DNA of 64,000 nucleotides from Magallana gigas. Lineage: Eukaryota. The stretch lies in NCBI RefSeq assembly GCF_963853765.1, contig NC_088856.1:5580001-5644000 (forward strand). Direction: 5' to 3'. Made by a program: the position numbers and the translations under genes. Below, piece by piece: positions 60,977-64,000 of this stretch; the first letter of the stretch is position 1, and each line of letters starts with the position of its first letter. The notes beneath the pieces are model-generated. The model ran no database searches. It was not told where the DNA came from and saw only the letters and a list, made by a program, of their open reading frames with translations.

Positions 60977-61881
60977 TGTAACGCTCGGAACGCTTGCCTT
61001 GTGTTGAGAACAAAACGATGTAAAGTTTATAATTTATTCAACCATAGTGTTATAGCCAATTTAACATTATACATTTTTCCGGATTGAGTTTGAATTTTAG
61101 AATATTCCGGATTTCCGGATTTGGTTTTGTTATTAGGATTTTTCGCGGGGAACGAGCAGTTTAGATTTTTTCCTAGTCCCTGTGCTGAACACCATTTACA
61201 TTTACCATGTTTACTATGTTTGTTTCTACGAGAGAAAACTTCTAAGTTGGTAAGTTAACATGAAATCTGCTTGTATATTGTTTTGTGCAGAAAGTTATGT
61301 ATAAACGATAGATATAAATGTGTAAACAAAAGTGTTTTACTGTGAAGATGTATTTTTAGTAACATGTTAGAATGTTGGCACAAGGGATATATCTAGAATG
61401 TTATATAAATTTCAAGCTATAAGTATCATCGTAGCATGTTTCTATTGTATGATATATCGGAATTTAAGGTTTCATTGTTTAGATGCGATGTTTTGTGCAC
61501 TCTACCATAGGCGTACATATATATTCATTTTGAATTGTGTAATTTACTAGTAGTACGAGTTTCGTTATATTTGCTAATTTACTAGAGCATATATATAAGT
61601 GAAAGTATTGTTTACAAGAACAGGGGCATATATATTTACTAGAGAGATATTTGTCATATGCCGAGTGTGTTTTGTATGTTTATTCATAGCATCAAAACTT
61701 ATGTATGTTTTCTTTGTTTTTCCAGTTAATCACATCATCACATCTAGTCACATCACGTGTCATTACATCAAGTCACGTCATCATGTCCTAAATCATCATT
61801 ATAGTTATACAATGACTGAATAAAGATGTGCATTAACAACAAGTTGACTCTTCCTTGATGGTAGTCAGTACAATATTAACA
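60977..61881 (+). mobile_element. 5' LTR of a BEL/Pao retrotransposon (3' boundary approximate)
   Basis: Begins TGTAAC; AATAAA at ~61818; ends near TTAACA, 40 bp before the gag ATG. The partner LTR is outside the window. Confidence 0.55.
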
Positions 61882-61920
61882 ACTTAGAAAATCTTGTCCC
61901 TAAAGAAGCTGTACTTCGTC

Positions 61921-64000
61921 ATGGCGGATGGTGCTACGGGAGAGACAAGACCTAGAACTTATACCGAGAAAGGTTTAGAATATCATCTCGATCGTAAGTC
62001 TAAGTATCGTAGGGGATGTGAAAATAAACTGGTGTCTTTGAGTGAGGATATCGAAGAATTATTGACAACATCAACAGATGTAAATGAAGTCAAAGAACTG
62101 TACAAGAATTGGCTGAAAGTTTACGATGAACTTTTATTTACACATGAAAGTCTTCAGGGCTTATTGAAACTTTCAACCGGAAGTGGAGAAAGTGATGACA
62201 AAGAATTTCAGGACAGGAATTCCCGATTTCATAAAGTGAAAGATTCTGTAGAACAGTGGTTCGGGAAACATTCAGTGCAACCTACTCCAAAGAAAATACC
62301 ATCTGATGTGAAATCGAGACTGTCGAGTGCATCGAGAACTTCAAGTCAAATTTCACTCGAGAAATTAAAAGAAAGTCAACGAAAAGCAGAACTGTTGGCC
62401 AAAGCATCAGCTTTAGATGAACAACGAAAATTAGAAGCGGCTAAACTGGAGCTGAAAATGAAAGAAGAAGAATTGAAGATTAAAACTGAACTTCAGATAA
62501 GTGATGCACGATCCAAATTATTGGAAGAATTAGAGAAAAGTGAACTCCGTGACCAAGAACTAGAAAACTCCCTCATCAATGAAAATATAGACAGAATTGT
62601 AACTTTTGATCTTGATCGTGAGAATGAGTTCACATGTGACAATTCTACTCCGCGCATTCCTCATCGATCTGTGCAACGTTTAGTTAGACCAGAATTGTCA
62701 ACACCCATATATGAACCAAGCAGTGAAATACAGACTGTCGCTCGTGAATTGAACAAACCGAAAGCTGATCTACAGAAGTTTGATGGAAACCCTATGAATT
62801 ACACAAGATTTCTCAGACAATTCAATGCCAGAATTTGTTCTAATACGGAATCATACGAAGAACGGTTGAACTATCTATTACAGTTTACTGTTGGTGAAGC
62901 ACAAAGAATCGTTTCTGGTTATTCATATCTGGATGCTGAACGTGGCTACAAAGCAGCACTGGAAGAGTTGAAGGATCGTTATGGAGACCCTGACATTATA
63001 GCGCAAGCATATGTGAAGAAAGCTCTTGATTGGCCTCCAGTAAAACCGGACAGTGCAAAAACTTTAGATCAGTTTGCTATATTTTTGCGTGAGTGTCAAT
63101 ATGCTGTTGAAAACATTGATACTGGTCGTGTACTGGAATATTCAGAAAATTTGAAACTGTTAGTGAAGAAATTACCATTTTACCTTCACGACAAATGGCG
63201 AAGCTGTGTATATGAACTGAAAGAGAAGAAACAAGCTGTGAAGTTTCACCGTCTTGCTGACTTTGTTCGCAAAGAAGCCAAAAAAGCAACAGATCCTATA
63301 TTCGGAAGAGAAATTATGAGCAGTTCAGCCAACAAACGTTTTCAAGACCAGAAGAAATCAGAAGCACATAAAAACTTTGCTGTGAAAACCAACACAAGAT
63401 CTTTCTATGATAACAGTGCTACACAGATGAAACCAGTTTTCAAACATTGTACATTCTGTAATGGAGCCCATTCATTGGACATGTGTTTGAGCATTACTAT
63501 TCTACCTCTTAAAGACAGATATGCATTCTTGAAAACGAATGGACTGTGTTTTGCATGCTTGAGATATGGACATGTGAAAACTAATTGTCGACAAAGAATG
63601 ACATGTGCTCATTGTAAGAAGTATCATCCATCCATTCTTCACGTTGATCCTCGACAGAATGAAGGAACAAATGGAGCTTCAACTTCAAGAGAACATACTG
63701 ACGGTGAAAACCCTTTGTTCGCTATGTCATCTACAGTTCATATGGGGGCTGGAAAACAAGCGCTACCTATTGTGCCGGTCAGAGTCAAGTCAAAGTTCAG
63801 TGACAAATACCTGGAAACATATGCTTTCCTTGACTCAGGAAGCAATGCAACATTCTGTTTGGAGGACATTGCAAGATTGTTAAAACTGGAGGGAAGGAAG
63901 ATGAACCTCAACCTTACGACAATGGGCCAACAGCATACTCAGACTTCTCATGTGATTTCCGGGTTAGAAATATCCGACATCAATGGTGTGAATGTGTTGG
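61921..64000 (+). CDS. BEL/Pao gag-pol polyprotein, 5' part (open to window end, 693 codons)
   Basis: Hand translation from ATG 61921 has no stop. KFDGNPMNY..RYGDP (DUF1759-like), three knuckles CTFCNGAHSLDMC, CFACLRYGHVKTNC and CAHCKKYHPSILH, and aspartic protease AFLDSGS. Confidence 0.93.
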   Translation, partial: MADGATGETRPRTYTEKGLEYHLDRKSKYRRGCENKLVSLSEDIEELLTTSTDVNEVKELYKNWLKVYDELLFTHESLQGLLKLSTGSGESDDKEFQDRNSRFHKVKDSVEQWFGKHSVQPTPKKIPSDVKSRLSSASRTSSQISLEKLKESQRKAELLAKASALDEQRKLEAAKLELKMKEEELKIKTELQISDARSKLLEELEKSELRDQELENSLINENIDRIVTFDLDRENEFTCDNSTPRIPHRSVQRLVRPELSTPIYEPSSEIQTVARELNKPKADLQKFDGNPMNYTRFLRQFNARICSNTESYEERLNYLLQFTVGEAQRIVSGYSYLDAERGYKAALEELKDRYGDPDIIAQAYVKKALDWPPVKPDSAKTLDQFAIFLRECQYAVENIDTGRVLEYSENLKLLVKKLPFYLHDKWRSCVYELKEKKQAVKFHRLADFVRKEAKKATDPIFGREIMSSSANKRFQDQKKSEAHKNFAVKTNTRSFYDNSATQMKPVFKHCTFCNGAHSLDMCLSITILPLKDRYAFLKTNGLCFACLRYGHVKTNCRQRMTCAHCKKYHPSILHVDPRQNEGTNGASTSREHTDGENPLFAMSSTVHMGAGKQALPIVPVRVKSKFSDKYLETYAFLDSGSNATFCLEDIARLLKLEGRKMNLNLTTMGQQHTQTSHVISGLEISDINGVNVL

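Overview
AT-rich eukaryotic genomic DNA, most likely Pacific-oyster type (Crassostrea/Magallana), judged from a Cg170-like ~166-bp repeat array inside a Helentron-type element. The only host genes I can support are two tandem minus-strand paralogs of a six-exon gene. Each encodes an apparently intact 318-aa secreted protein: signal peptide + PAN/Apple domain + stand-alone GON domain, with no protease or TSP domains. I assembled both by hand from GT-AG splice sites; the ORF track shows only fragments. The rest is transposon-rich: a Helentron-type HINE with an 11-monomer satellite array; a degenerate spliced PIF/Harbinger-ISL2EU-type transposase with a C-terminal SWIM-like finger; a Harbinger MITE; Kolobok-like TTAA MITEs, one with a tRNA-like core; a full-length degenerate RTE-X-like LINE between 198-bp direct repeats; an Ngaro-type tyrosine-recombinase retrotransposon with split direct repeats and an SGNH hydrolase ORF, inside intron 4 of paralog 2; and the 5' part of a BEL/Pao LTR element whose gag-pol frame is open to the window end. 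No rRNA, intact tRNA or CRISPR was seen. All coordinates, translations and mismatch counts were done by eye and need computational confirmation.
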